NCBI GenBank assembly: GCA_963693365.1
Contig: CAVNZM010000002.1
Span: 11,402,328 to 11,466,327 of the forward strand
Reading direction: 5' to 3'
Source: Amoebidium appalachense
Taxonomy: Eukaryota; Protista; Ichthyosporea
Length of the DNA: 64,000 nucleotides
The notes under the pieces were generated by a model that ran no database searches, was not told where the DNA came from, and worked only from the letters and a program-made list of their open reading frames with translations. This document shows positions 63,599 through 64,000 of this stretch, piece by piece. Position numbers and translations under genes: made by a program. Positions within the stretch are counted from its first letter, which is position 1. Each line of letters starts with the position of its first letter.

Positions 63599-64000
63599 AG
63601 GGGGGGGGGAGGGGGGGGGAGGGGGGGGGGGGGGGGGGGGGATATCGATCGCGATATGAAATTTGAATTCGAAAGAAACTAAAGAGTTCGAGAGGAATTC
63701 AAAAACTTCGGGAATGAAGTTGAGAAGTCCTCGAGAAAAAAGGAATTTTGAAAGGATGTTGGGGGGGATCATGGGGGGAGGGGGGGGGGGGGGGGAGGGG
63801 AAGGGGGGGGGGGGGGGGGGGGGAGGTAAATTTCATAATGACTAAGAGGAACAATGGGGGGGTCCCCCCCCTCCCCCGGCCCACGTACACCCCTGCCTCC
63901 CCATCAGTAACCCTTCCCCTCCTCTTGCACATTTCTCCCCCCCCCCTTCCCCCCCTTCCTCCCCCCCTCCCTCTTCCTGTCCCTCCCCCCCCCCCCCCCC

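Overview
Intron-rich eukaryotic nuclear DNA. The RAD6/UBE2A sequence and exon structure point to a holozoan-like lineage (inference). Nearly all ORFs in the supplied track are noise from (CA)n/(GT)n, (GA)n and G/C homopolymers. Manual splicing gives eight gene models: the 3' part of an unknown membrane-protein gene (+), RPL30 (-), a small GRF zinc-finger gene (-), RAD6/UBE2A (+), an orphan hydrophobic-hairpin + RING protein (-), cofactor-dependent phosphoglycerate mutase (-), a very long ~20-exon MUS81 (+) and a BTB/POZ protein (-). RPL30 has a 5'TOP-like leader exon and an intronic U61-type C/D snoRNA. Two clear MITEs and one probable one lie in the PGM/MUS81 divergent promoter. Two signals stand out. 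(1) A polarised intron architecture: donors run directly into (GT)n/Gn and acceptors are (CA)n-CAG with no polypyrimidine tract, so intron ends are often mutually complementary. (2) A young dispersed retroposon-like element whose copies share a 3' end abutting poly(C) rather than poly(A). Indels and G-biased substitutions near homopolymers suggest consensus errors, so homopolymer-related claims need read-level checks.
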